A stretch of DNA of 64,000 nt from Eledone cirrhosa (lineage: Eukaryota). The notes under the pieces were generated by a model. That model was not told the origin of the DNA. It saw only the letters and a list, made by a program, of their open reading frames with translations, and did not search any database. Positions 63,569 to 64,000 of the stretch are shown one piece after another. Location: assembly GCA_964016885.1 (NCBI GenBank), contig OZ024744.1, forward strand, positions 62,806,001 to 62,870,000. Direction: 5' to 3'. Every line of letters starts with the position of its first letter. Positions within the stretch are counted from its first letter, which is position 1. The translations under genes and the position numbers were made by a program.

Positions 63569-63739
63569 CTTATTTTCATATTTCTGTTCGATGTCTACAA
63601 TATTTAATTCATGCTGATTCTTTAATGATTTCATCTCTGCTTTCATAGAGTCAAGCTCTTTCAGAATATTCTGTAACTCAGTTGCCATTTCTTTTGTACT
63701 ACCTTTTTCAATATTACGATCAACTCGCTTCTTGATATA
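63569..63739 (-). CDS. KIF4: KIF4/chromokinesin-like exon, coiled coil
   Basis: Minus-strand tacag acceptor and AAG|gtatgt donor; 57 codons YIKKRVDRN...IVDIEQKYENK. With the next exon it resembles, from memory, the KIF4A segment LVRMEQQHQEKVLYLLSQL. Confidence 0.75.
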
Positions 63740-64000
63740 CTGTATAAAATATACAATTTAATGTAAACAAGTTAAAGAAATTATATTTCAATACTCAATA
63801 TAGTGTTATCTAGTATATTTTTGTATTTTTATTTTTTTAAATGAATTGATTTTGAAAACATTTCAATACCGAGGTATAAAGGGCTCTGGGTGGAGTAGTA
63901 CCTTTGATATCTGACAGTTGCACTCCCTCAGAATGGACTGGTACACTGGTTTTCATGCCTGGCTCCTAATACCACATCTGCCAAGTGATGTTAACTCAAC

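Overview
AT-rich, intron-rich animal DNA. The repeat repertoire suggests a cephalopod such as Octopus (inference). Two spliced genes converge tail to tail. (1) On +, 11 phase-consistent exons from 738 to a TGA at 37863-37865 encode the C-terminal ~467 aa of a hydrophilic, low-complexity protein I cannot name. (2) On -, 5 phase-0 exons (63739 to TAA at 46082) encode the C-terminus of a KIF4/chromokinesin-like protein with a coiled coil and a 9-Cys CXC domain. Most remaining DNA is transposon-derived: three decayed Gypsy elements, a complete non-coding LTR element (2 LTRs, tRNA-Trp PBS, PPT, TSD), several solo LTRs, many RTE LINE fragments, single CRE-like, R4/Dong-like and L1/Tx1-like LINE relics, tRNA-derived SINEs, TTAA-flanked MITEs and a mariner remnant. 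There is also a 4.7-kb (GGT)n-GATAGTGATGCA compound satellite. The most unusual observations are the clustering of TTAA-MITEs just upstream of splice acceptors, the frame-compatible CAG|GT satellite, TG...TA LTR termini, an internally inverted Gypsy element and a minimal hammerhead-like motif. All calls were made by eye, with no database search.
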